Source of the DNA: Candidatus Binatia bacterium | Lineage (GTDB): Bacteria > Desulfobacterota > Binatia > HRBIN30 | Assembly (NCBI GenBank): GCA_038245295.1 | Contig: JBBRSP010000011.1 | Span: 1 to 64,000 of the forward strand | Reading direction: 5' to 3' | DNA: 64,000 nt | Shown here: one piece after another, positions 39,081 to 47,568 of the stretch | How the letters are laid out: each line of letters opens with the position of its first letter | How positions within the stretch are numbered: the stretch's first letter is position 1 | Notes under the pieces: model-generated | What the model was told of the DNA's origin: nothing | What the model saw: the letters and a program-made list of their open reading frames with translations, nothing else | Databases searched by the model: none | Translations under genes and position numbers: made by a program

Positions 39081-40270
39081 GCACGCCTCGCGCTGGGGCG
39101 GTGTCGCGCCTGTTGCATCGCACCCTCGGCAATCGTCGGGTGGCGGATTTCTGGCGCCTGCCGTCGTTTCCCGAGACCGTCCTGACGCCGCAACGGCTGC
39201 GCAATCTCTACCTGGCGAGGTATGAGCAGCAGACCTGTCGCGAGATCACACGCTCGCTGCCGATCAAGCTGACTCTCGAGCCGACCAATGTATGCAACCT
39301 GCGTTGTCCGGCCTGCTTTACCGGCCTTGGTGATGTCGGCCGAGTGCGCTCGATGATGTCGATAGATCTCTACCAGAAGTTGCTCGACGAGCTCGGCGAC
39401 ACACTTCTCGTGCTCGAGTTCTTCAACTGGGGCGAGCCGTTGCTGCACAAAGGCCTCGAGGCAATGATCGCAGCGGCCACCGAACGTGGCATTGCGACGA
39501 TCGTCAGCACCAACTTCAGCATTCCATTCAGCGACGAGCGCGCCGAGGCACTGGTGCGGGCCGGCTTGAGCGTTTTGAGTGTATCGATCGACGGGGCGAC
39601 GCAGGAAGCCTACGAGAAGTACCGCGTACGCGGCGACCTGGAGTTGGTGTTGAAGAACTGTCGCGCCGTTGTCCAAGCCAAGCGCCGCCTCAGCGTCCGC
39701 GGCCCTCGGGTGTATTGGGGCTATCACGTCTTTGAGCACAACATCGAAGACATCGCGCACGCCGTCGAGCTGGCGCACGACATCGGCATGGAGATCTCAG
39801 TCGAGAAGGGCTGGGTCGTGGGCGAAGAGTGGAACCCCGACGGGCCGTATAAGTTCTTCGCCAACGTCACCCCGGGCGCGTGCAATTTCCTGTGGCAGTA
39901 TGCCGTGGTCAACAACGACGGTGGCGTCGCCTCGTGCTGTGGGACATTTTACGAGGAGGACGACATGGGCCGCCTGGCCATCAAGCCCAGTGATCTAGGT
40001 TCGGCGTCCTTCCGCGACATCTGGAACGGCGAACGCTTCCGTGCGTCTCGACGTCTGTTCCGCGATCGTGGTGCGGCCACCGCCGCGGAACGCCAGCTCG
40101 TCTGTTACAATTGCCCGCAGACGGTGGTCTGGGACCGTTTCAAGCAGCACCGCGCCGGCGGCGGTGCGGAGAATACCTTCGAACCAGGGTTCAGCACCAA
40201 CGACTCCTTCAACTACTTTCTCAACCGCCGTCCCAACCGTGATCCGAAGATGCCGCCCGCCGCGGAGTGA
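39077..40270 (+). CDS. Radical SAM protein with SPASM/twitch domain, paralog A
   Basis: EPTNVCNLRCPAC, FNWGEP, SIDGA, CNFLW...DGGVASCC...CYNC. Confidence 0.9.
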   Translation: MSTPRAGAVSRLLHRTLGNRRVADFWRLPSFPETVLTPQRLRNLYLARYEQQTCREITRSLPIKLTLEPTNVCNLRCPACFTGLGDVGRVRSMMSIDLYQKLLDELGDTLLVLEFFNWGEPLLHKGLEAMIAAATERGIATIVSTNFSIPFSDERAEALVRAGLSVLSVSIDGATQEAYEKYRVRGDLELVLKNCRAVVQAKRRLSVRGPRVYWGYHVFEHNIEDIAHAVELAHDIGMEISVEKGWVVGEEWNPDGPYKFFANVTPGACNFLWQYAVVNNDGGVASCCGTFYEEDDMGRLAIKPSDLGSASFRDIWNGERFRASRRLFRDRGAATAAERQLVCYNCPQTVVWDRFKQHRAGGGAENTFEPGFSTNDSFNYFLNRRPNRDPKMPPAAE

Positions 40271-40288
40271 TTGGCTTTTCCTGTCGCT

Positions 40289-41719
40289 ATGGCGCATCGC
40301 CTGGCTCGCAACACGGTCGTCGGGATAAGTGGTACCGCGGCAATCAAGCTCGTGGCCTTCGCCAGCACGCAGGTACTGGCGCGCGGGTTGGGTCAGGAAG
40401 CCTTCGGCATCTACGCCTTCGTTGGTGTCTACCTGTTCTTTGCCGGCTTCCTGGTTGATCTCGGCATGGAGATCGTCCTGCGGCGCGAGCTCGCGGCGCG
40501 CCCGGCAACCGCCGCGCTGATGCTCGGCAACGCCATCCTGCTCAAGTGGATGTTGGCGGCGCTGGTGATCCCAGTGGTCATTGCGAGCGCCTGGGGCATG
40601 ACGACCGATCCTCAGGTGCGTTCGTGTATCATCTTGGCCGCCCTCGGCTTGCCGCTGTCGACGGAAGGCCTTTTCCGCGCCGTGCTTCTGAGTCGTTACG
40701 CGATTGCCACGAGTTTTATCGTCAGCGTCGTATCCGCATTGAGTCTGTTGGTCGGGAACTACCTCTGCATGACGATGCACTGGCCAATCCAATCTGTTTT
40801 CCTCGTGGCCTTACTCAACGGCGCCGCGACGGTAAGCGCCGTTTGGATTCTGGCGCGCCGTTACGTCAAACCTCGCTTCGAGTTGCGCTTCGACATCCTA
40901 CGCATGTTCTTTCGTGAATCGGTCGGCATGGGGGCCTTCGCCCTGCTGTTCATGATGGTGATGCGCGTCGATCAGATGCTGCTCTTCCAGTTGCGCGATG
41001 CCGCCGAGCTTGGTCGCTACGTCATTGCGGTGCGCATTACCGAGGCGCTGTTCGTTGTTCCGGAAGCCCTGCTGTTGACATGGTTCCCGATGCTGGCGGC
41101 TTCGCTGCACACGGCCCCGGCACAATTCCTCGAGTTATGCCGGTTGGGCGCCAAGGGGTTGGCGGCAATCATTTTTGCGGTGGGGTTGGCTCTGACGTTT
41201 GCTTCGGGGGCCGGCCTGACGCTCCTCTTCGGCGCCGGGTATGCCGACAGCGTGATGCCGACAATCGTCCTCGGCTGGGGCATGTACTTCGCCTACATGG
41301 GCGCGATCTTCATCAATGCCTTCGTCATCCAGTCCCTGCAGCGCTTGCTGCTGCTTGCCGCCGTGCTGACCGGTAGCCTCAACATTCTCCTGAACATCGT
41401 GTTGATCCGCTGGTACGGCGCCACCGGCAGCGCCCTGGCGATGCTACTGGCCAATTTCGCCGGGTTTGCCTTGTGGTTCGTATTCCCCGCGACACGACCG
41501 GTGGTGTCCGTGTGCCTGAGAGAATCGCTGCGGCCGGCTGCCAGCGCCGTCGCGGCAGGGCTCCTGGTTGCTGGGCTTGGCGCGCACGGAATTGGTGCCG
41601 CCCTATTTGCCGTCGTTGCCTACGTGGCCGTTCTCGCCGGGCTTGGTGGGATTGATCGCGGCGACGTGGGGCGCGTGCGCCATCTCGTCGCCCAGGTAAA
41701 CGTGGCTGCCACCCACTGA
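40289..41719 (+). CDS. Wzx-type polysaccharide/oligosaccharide flippase
   Basis: ~12-14 TMs; LARN...LARGLGQEAFGIY, DLG, RVDQMLL, GRY, NILLNIVLI..YGATG. Confidence 0.88.
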   Translation: MAHRLARNTVVGISGTAAIKLVAFASTQVLARGLGQEAFGIYAFVGVYLFFAGFLVDLGMEIVLRRELAARPATAALMLGNAILLKWMLAALVIPVVIASAWGMTTDPQVRSCIILAALGLPLSTEGLFRAVLLSRYAIATSFIVSVVSALSLLVGNYLCMTMHWPIQSVFLVALLNGAATVSAVWILARRYVKPRFELRFDILRMFFRESVGMGAFALLFMMVMRVDQMLLFQLRDAAELGRYVIAVRITEALFVVPEALLLTWFPMLAASLHTAPAQFLELCRLGAKGLAAIIFAVGLALTFASGAGLTLLFGAGYADSVMPTIVLGWGMYFAYMGAIFINAFVIQSLQRLLLLAAVLTGSLNILLNIVLIRWYGATGSALAMLLANFAGFALWFVFPATRPVVSVCLRESLRPAASAVAAGLLVAGLGAHGIGAALFAVVAYVAVLAGLGGIDRGDVGRVRHLVAQVNVAATH

Positions 41720-41740
41720 GCCTGTACAACCCTCAGCCTC

Positions 41741-42775
41741 TTGGCTACCGTCGAGCATGTGCCCAAAGCTAAGCGCAGTGCGCGGCGCAGTCTCAACCGC
41801 TACCTGAATCGCCTTGAGATGAAGCTCGGAAGGAATCGATTGATCTCCTTCCCGTACGAGATTTGCATCGACGTCACGAATAAGTGCAACCTGCACTGTC
41901 CGTATTGTCCGACCGGGCGAGGCGAGCAGGGTGGTCGCGGACGCGGCTCGATTTCATACGAGACGTTCTGTCATATCCTCGATGAGCTCGGGCCGTACGC
42001 CTACAACCTCGAGCTATTCAATTGGGGCGAGCCCTTCTTCAACAAGGAGCTACCGCGCCTGATCACCTATGCCGGGACCAAGGGCGTGCAAACGGTGATC
42101 TCGAGCAACCTCAGCTTCCCGATGACGGATGACTATGCGCGCTCGATCATCGAAGCCGGGCTCGGCTGCCTCACCGGAGCGATCGACGGTGCCGATCAAG
42201 CCTCGTACGAAATCTATCGGCGTGGCGGGAATTTCGAGATGGCTCTCAACAACCTGCGTCGCTTCGCGCGACTGAAGCGTGAAATGGGCAGCGAATACCC
42301 CAACCTTACGTGGCAATATCTGGCCTTCGCGCAGAACGAGGGCCGCATCGAGGAGGCGCGCGTGTTGGCCGAGGAAATCGGCGACGTCGGGTTCTCGCTG
42401 ATCGGCGGCTTGTACGAAGATCCGGAATGGGCTCCCAAAGGCGACTACTCGTTCCCTTACCTGAAGATGCACCCGAACCGCTGCGTGTGGTTGTGGAACA
42501 AGGCCGTGTTCCACTGGGATGGCGGCTTCGCCTCGTGCTGCATGGGCTTCAACAAACATGACGACTTCGCGGACTTCCGTCCGGGCGCTTTCCGCCGGCT
42601 CTGGAACAATGACAAGTTCGTGGCGGCGCGGCGTATCTGGACCGAACCTAAATCCGTTCTCCCCGAAGGACACTTCTGCACCAACTGTGACAAGGTCCGC
42701 TACTATCGCGGCTTGCCCTTGGCGTCGCGGATGAAGACGGCGCGCGAAGCCGAAGCGCAACGCGCTGTCGGTTGA
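41741..42775 (+). CDS. Radical SAM protein with SPASM/twitch domain, paralog B
   Basis: DVTNKCNLHCPYC, FNWGEP, IDGA, CVWLW...DGGFASCC...CTNC. Confidence 0.9.
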   Translation: MATVEHVPKAKRSARRSLNRYLNRLEMKLGRNRLISFPYEICIDVTNKCNLHCPYCPTGRGEQGGRGRGSISYETFCHILDELGPYAYNLELFNWGEPFFNKELPRLITYAGTKGVQTVISSNLSFPMTDDYARSIIEAGLGCLTGAIDGADQASYEIYRRGGNFEMALNNLRRFARLKREMGSEYPNLTWQYLAFAQNEGRIEEARVLAEEIGDVGFSLIGGLYEDPEWAPKGDYSFPYLKMHPNRCVWLWNKAVFHWDGGFASCCMGFNKHDDFADFRPGAFRRLWNNDKFVAARRIWTEPKSVLPEGHFCTNCDKVRYYRGLPLASRMKTAREAEAQRAVG

Positions 42776-42793
42776 GTCAAGCCAAGAGATCTT

Positions 42794-44125
42794 GTGGTGC
42801 GGTGCCTCGCTGGCTGTGCGTTGTTCGTCGCCGTCTGCGCACTCGCCGCATGCCAGACCAGCCCACCCAACGTTCTTCTGATCACCGTCGATAGCTTGCG
42901 CGCCGATGCGTTATCGGCGACGGGGCAGCGCGCCTCGACACCGAGTATCGACGCTCTCGCTGCGGCGGGGGTGCTGTTTACCCAGGCGGTCTGTGACTCG
43001 CCATGGACCGGCGCCTCGACGGCCTCTCTGCTCACCGGACGATCGGTGCGCCACCATACTCTGCATGTGCCGACCGACCGCCTGTCTAGAGACATCCCTA
43101 CCCTTGCCGAGCAGTTCAATGCGGCGGGTTATCAAACGGCGGCGGTTGTTTCGTCCTTCGACCTGGATCATATCTTCGGTCTGGCGCGCGGCTTCTCCGA
43201 CTACGACGATCACTTTACCGATACTCAAGAGCCGACCGGTAGGCCGATATTCCATCTGGAAAGTATCTTCTACGGTCGCCCGCCACACGATCGACGCTTT
43301 CGCTCCAACAAGCTGCTCAACGACAGCATGAAGCCCGGCTCGTACACGACCGACGCCGCCATCGGTTGGTTGCGACGCCAGAGGGCGGGCAAGTTTTTTC
43401 TCTGGGTCCACTACTTCGGCGGCCACGAGCGCTGGACTCCCGGACACATGTTGCCGCCGCAAATCGCCGAGTATCCGCGCTCGATCGAGAACACGGATGC
43501 GGAAATCGGCCGCCTGCTGCGATGGATCGTCGATGTCGGACTGTATCGTTCTACCGTAATCGTGTTGCACGGTAGCCAGGGACAATCACTTCTCGATCGC
43601 GGCACATTTGGGCATGGAAGCGACTTGTCGGAAGCGGCGATCCGGGTTCCTCTGATCATCAGCGGCCCAAAGACGGGCCAGCCGGATCGGCGCGTCGATA
43701 GCCTTGTCTCCCTCCTCGATATCGCCCCAACCTTGTTCGAGCTGGCGGGCATACGTCCCAAAGCACCCCTGGATGGGCAGTCGTTGCTGCGCTCTCGCGA
43801 TCCCAAAGTGGGCGCCGGCGTTTACCTGGAGACGTGGATGCCGGCAACCATTCTGGGTGCGGCCGCGGAAGCCGGGCAGGGCACCGCCTTCGGGTTTGTG
43901 CATCGTGGATGGCGCGAAGAAGGGTGGATGTATGTGCGCCGTGACCCCGTGCCGTTCGTTGACGTCGAAGAGTCGGCTGCGAGCGTCGGCGTCGCCGAGG
44001 CGCAAGAAGAGTTGTATGACCTGACCGCCGACCCGGCCGAAGCGAACAACCTGGCGCAGCGGGAACCGGCGCGTTTGACGCAGATGCGCGACAGGGTGCT
44101 TCGAAGAGTGAAGGGTGAAGAGTGA
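42794..44125 (+). CDS. Sulfatase/alkaline-phosphatase-superfamily lipoprotein with eroded active-site motifs
   Basis: Lipobox LAAC; PNVLLITVDSLRAD, TPSIDALA, ASLLTG, FFLWVHY, RVPLII, DIAPT, ELYDL..DP.E..NL. Confidence 0.85.
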   Translation: MVRCLAGCALFVAVCALAACQTSPPNVLLITVDSLRADALSATGQRASTPSIDALAAAGVLFTQAVCDSPWTGASTASLLTGRSVRHHTLHVPTDRLSRDIPTLAEQFNAAGYQTAAVVSSFDLDHIFGLARGFSDYDDHFTDTQEPTGRPIFHLESIFYGRPPHDRRFRSNKLLNDSMKPGSYTTDAAIGWLRRQRAGKFFLWVHYFGGHERWTPGHMLPPQIAEYPRSIENTDAEIGRLLRWIVDVGLYRSTVIVLHGSQGQSLLDRGTFGHGSDLSEAAIRVPLIISGPKTGQPDRRVDSLVSLLDIAPTLFELAGIRPKAPLDGQSLLRSRDPKVGAGVYLETWMPATILGAAAEAGQGTAFGFVHRGWREEGWMYVRRDPVPFVDVEESAASVGVAEAQEELYDLTADPAEANNLAQREPARLTQMRDRVLRRVKGEE

Positions 44126-44138
44126 GATGGGGGTGCCA

Positions 44139-45266
44139 ATGAGTGAGCCGGTTGCGTTGGTGGTCTTCGGTACGCGTCCTGAGGCTGTAAAGTTGGCGCC
44201 GGTGGTGCATGCGCTGCGCGCCAAGATGGCGACGCGTGTTTGTGTCACGGCGCAGCATCGACAGATGCTCGATCAGGTCTTGCAGGCGTTCGACATTGTC
44301 CCGGACTTCGACCTGAACCTGATGAAGCCGAATCAAGACCTGTTCGACATCACGGCCAACGCCATCCTCGCGTTGCGCGATGTGCTTGCGGAGCTGCGGC
44401 CGCGGATGGTCATCGTGCAAGGCGATACGACGACCACCTTCGCCGCCGCCCTGGCGGCGTTCTATCAACGTATCGAAGTCGGTCATGTCGAAGCGGGTCT
44501 GCGCACCAACGATAAAGGACGCCCTTTCCCCGAGGAGATCAACCGCCGGCTCACGTCGGTGATGGCCGACTGGCACTTCGCTCCGACGCCGTGGGCGCGC
44601 GACAACTTGATTACGGAAGGGGTGGCGGCGGATCGCGTTGTGGTCACCGGTAATACGGGCATCGACGCCCTGCTGCGGATTGTGGCAGACCTTGAGTCCG
44701 GGCGTATGCCATCGCCGCTGGCTCCGGACCTCATCGAAAAGCTCGGCGAACGCCGTATGGTGCTGGTTACCGGCCACCGGCGTGAAAGCTTCGGTGGCGG
44801 GTTCGAACGAATCTGCCAGGCGCTGCGACGCGTCGCCGACGCCCATGAAGACGTAGTGCTCGTCTACCCGGTCCACCTCAACCCCAACGTCCAAGAGCCG
44901 GTGAATCGCCTGCTCGGCGGCCACCCACGCATTCTCCTGGTACCGCCGATGGACTATGTGCCGTTCGTCGCGCTCATGCGCCGCGCCACACTGATCCTGA
45001 CCGATTCGGGCGGGATTCAGGAGGAGGCGCCGTCGCTCGGCAAACCGGTATTGGTGATGCGCGAAACAACCGAACGACCGGAAGGTGTGCGGGCCGGAGT
45101 GGCGCGTCTGGTCGGCACCGACGTGGACGCAATCGCCGGGGCCGCGTCGGAGCTCCTGAACGACTCCGCTACCTACGCTCGCATGTCGAGCCCGATGAAT
45201 CCTTACGGTGATGGCCACGCGGCTGAACGGATCGCCACCATTGTTGCGGAGGCGACAAAAAAATAG
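44139..45266 (+). CDS. wecB: UDP-N-acetylglucosamine 2-epimerase (non-hydrolysing)
   Basis: FGTRPEAVK, TAQHRQML, QGDTTT, HVEAGLR, PEEINR, TGHRRE, TDSGGIQEE, NPYGDG. Confidence 0.97.
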   Translation: MSEPVALVVFGTRPEAVKLAPVVHALRAKMATRVCVTAQHRQMLDQVLQAFDIVPDFDLNLMKPNQDLFDITANAILALRDVLAELRPRMVIVQGDTTTTFAAALAAFYQRIEVGHVEAGLRTNDKGRPFPEEINRRLTSVMADWHFAPTPWARDNLITEGVAADRVVVTGNTGIDALLRIVADLESGRMPSPLAPDLIEKLGERRMVLVTGHRRESFGGGFERICQALRRVADAHEDVVLVYPVHLNPNVQEPVNRLLGGHPRILLVPPMDYVPFVALMRRATLILTDSGGIQEEAPSLGKPVLVMRETTERPEGVRAGVARLVGTDVDAIAGAASELLNDSATYARMSSPMNPYGDGHAAERIATIVAEATKK

Positions 45267-45293
45267 GGACGCACCCTGCGGCGCGTCCCTATT
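45257..45293 (-). terminator. Intrinsic terminator hairpin between convergent wecB and ompA-like genes
   Basis: 11-bp stem AATAGGGACGC/GCGTCCCTATT; the A7 run gives a U tract on the minus strand. Confidence 0.7.
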
Positions 45294-45326
45294 CGGACAT
45301 CGAATCGAGACGACTCGTCTCTGTGT

Positions 45327-46145
45327 CTACGGAGCTGGAGCGGGCGGCGGTGCCTCGGCGGCGGGGGCCGCTGGAACCGCATCCACCACACCTTCGGCAT
45401 CGCTCGGATTGACGACGTGCAGTTCAACCCGTCGGTTCTGGGCTCGACCTTCCTCGGTGTCGTTCGAAGTGACCGGCCGCGACTTGCCGTAACCCACCAC
45501 GTCCATCCGCGACGGAGCGACGCCACGGTTGCTCAGGTAGCGGAAGACCGCTTCGGCGCGCCGCACCGACAGTTTCTCGTTGTACTCATCGCTGCCGATG
45601 TAATCGGTGTGGCCTTCGACCGAGATGCGCACCCGCGGGTGCAACGCCAGGACGTCAGCCGCTTCGTCGAGGATCGGGCGTGAATCGGGGCGGATCGAGT
45701 TCTCGTTGAAATCAAAATTGATACCGCGCAAGACCAGGCGCCGGTTCGATGGCGGAGGGACACCTTCCGGTGCCGGCGTTGGCGGTGGCATAGGCGGCTC
45801 GCGGTCTTCCTCGAAGCCGTGTCCGATCAAGCCGCACAGCAGGGCTCCCGTCGCGGCGCCGACGCCGCCTCCGAGTCCCGCATTGTTGCCGGTGAACGGT
45901 TGATCATCACTCGCACTCGTGCTGACGGTTTGCCCACCGTTGAGCCTGGCCGTTGAGGTTGATGTGCCGCCCGAGATCACCGGAGCGACGGCGGCACCAA
46001 CAACGCCGCCGACGACAGCGCAGACGGCAGCGGGAATCCAGGTTCGCTGCCCATAGGGCTTGGCGAAGTACCGCTTACTCGCGGCACAACCCTGCGTGCT
46101 TACCGCAACGATCAAGCAAAATGCGACAACGCCGCGTCTTTTCAT
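45327..46145 (-). CDS. OmpA-family lipoprotein with Gly-zipper N-terminus
   Basis: TQGC lipobox-like; GGVVGAA and GAATGALLCG zipper; LRGINFD, VEGHTD, NRRVEL. Confidence 0.87.
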   Translation of the reverse strand: MKRRGVVAFCLIVAVSTQGCAASKRYFAKPYGQRTWIPAAVCAVVGGVVGAAVAPVISGGTSTSTARLNGGQTVSTSASDDQPFTGNNAGLGGGVGAATGALLCGLIGHGFEEDREPPMPPPTPAPEGVPPPSNRRLVLRGINFDFNENSIRPDSRPILDEAADVLALHPRVRISVEGHTDYIGSDEYNEKLSVRRAEAVFRYLSNRGVAPSRMDVVGYGKSRPVTSNDTEEGRAQNRRVELHVVNPSDAEGVVDAVPAAPAAEAPPPAPAP

Positions 46146-46238
46146 TCGTGTGGTCCTTCCCCGTTGCTCCATGCGGGGCCCAGTTGCACACCCGCCCACC
46201 CAACGCTGAGCCCAATCGGGCTCGACAAACCTCGCGCT

Positions 46239-46268
46239 GTTCTATGTCGGCCTGATGGGAAACGTCAA
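46239..46268 (-). promoter_or_regulatory. Putative promoter
   Basis: Minus strand TTGACG-N18-TAGAAC. Confidence 0.45.
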
Positions 46269-46310
46269 GCAAGAAAGGGGGATAGCCTCGGCCGACGGAA
46301 ATCCCGGGGG

Positions 46311-46874
46311 CTACCTGGCGCGCGACAGGTACTCGCCTGTTTCTGTGTCGACGCGGATGACGTCGTCGGTGGTGACAAAGGGTGGTACCTGAATGATCGC
46401 GCCGGTTTCGACGGTGGCGGCCTTCAGAACATTGGTGACCGTGGCGCCCTTGATCCCTGGTTCGGTGTCGACGACGCGCAGATCGACCGTCTTCGGCAGC
46501 ATGACGCCCATCGGCTTTTCTTCGTAGAACTCGACCTGAACCTTGCTGTTCGGGATGAGATAATTCACCGCGTCACCCAGCCACTCGCGATCGAGGGTGA
46601 TCTGCTCGTAATTCTCGGAGTTCATGAAGTGGAACGCGCCGTCCGCTTCGTAGAGAAACTCCATGTCGTGCTGCTCCATGGTGACGCGTTCGACCTTGTC
46701 TTCCGAGCGGAAGCGCTGTTCGTTGGTATTGCCGCTGCGCAAGCTACGCATCTTGATCTGCACCATGCCGCGCCAGTTGCCAGGCGTGATGTGGACCACG
46801 TTGGCGATCCGGTAGAGCTCGCCGTTGTGCTTGATCAGCATGCCAACACGCATCTGTGTAGCCGGGATAACCAT
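46311..46874 (-). CDS. efp: Translation elongation factor P (PGNW-loop variant)
   Basis: HITPGNWRG, FRSEDKVE, FLY, FMNSENYEQ, TEPGIKGAT, KAATVETG, VPPFV, VDTETGEYLSRA. Confidence 0.97.
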   Translation of the reverse strand: MVIPATQMRVGMLIKHNGELYRIANVVHITPGNWRGMVQIKMRSLRSGNTNEQRFRSEDKVERVTMEQHDMEFLYEADGAFHFMNSENYEQITLDREWLGDAVNYLIPNSKVQVEFYEEKPMGVMLPKTVDLRVVDTEPGIKGATVTNVLKAATVETGAIIQVPPFVTTDDVIRVDTETGEYLSRAR

Positions 46875-46928
46875 GGAAGAAGACTCCTTAGCGCTGGGAA
46901 GAATTGCCGCGTCGAGGTAGCAGCGGCC

Positions 46929-47459
46929 CTAGGGAGCCGCAACCGCGGCCGGCGCCGGTGTCGGTGTCGCCGGATGCCCGAGCTCCATGCCGAGCCACAT
47001 CGTGACGAGCAGCAGAACGAGACTCGCGATGCAGGCGCCGTTGAGGCGTCGCATCATGCTCTCGAGCCACTTCGGGTCGACTGGTTCGCCAAAGCCTTCG
47101 TCGCGCACAATACGATGGCCGATGCCGAAGGTGATGTATGTTCCGGCCATGACGACGAGGAACGCCAGACCGAGTTTCCAGACCAAGAGCCAGCCCATCT
47201 TCTGGAAAAACCCGACGCGTAACGCCGCTTTGTAGGAGGTGAGGTTGGTGGCACCCGACATGACGAGCACGCCAAGGGCGGCGATTGCCAAGGGATCGTA
47301 GATGTACAGAGCCCGCGCCAAAACAGTGCGGCGGATCGTTGGGTCTTCCACAGCCCGTGCTGCCGGGATCACCAGGGCGACGATCGCCAACGTCGCACCA
47401 CCGTAAACGATGAGGCTGGCGACGTGCAGCAACAACCCGAAAAAATCTCCCCCGCTCAT
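46929..47459 (-). CDS. Four-TM membrane protein (CopD/DUF4149-like)
   Basis: LLLHV...IVYGG; LGVLVMSG; LVWKL; His in TM1. Family assignment tentative. Confidence 0.6.
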   Translation of the reverse strand: MSGGDFFGLLLHVASLIVYGGATLAIVALVIPAARAVEDPTIRRTVLARALYIYDPLAIAALGVLVMSGATNLTSYKAALRVGFFQKMGWLLVWKLGLAFLVVMAGTYITFGIGHRIVRDEGFGEPVDPKWLESMMRRLNGACIASLVLLLVTMWLGMELGHPATPTPAPAAVAAP

Positions 47460-47568
47460 GGTTCGGGGCCAATTAACCAGGCCCCTCCGCAAAGGCAACG
47501 CCACATCGCGGCTCAACCTTGATTCTTCCGTTTGCGAACGCGATGTTTGTTCGAAAGGAAGCGTTTCC

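Noticed and set aside
39077..42775. Radical SAM/SPASM genes as a RiPP cluster acting on the three small secreted proteins
   Set aside because: No short precursor, RRE/PqqD domain or peptidase transporter; the genes are embedded among glycosyltransferases, and the paralogs have ordinary Sec signals.
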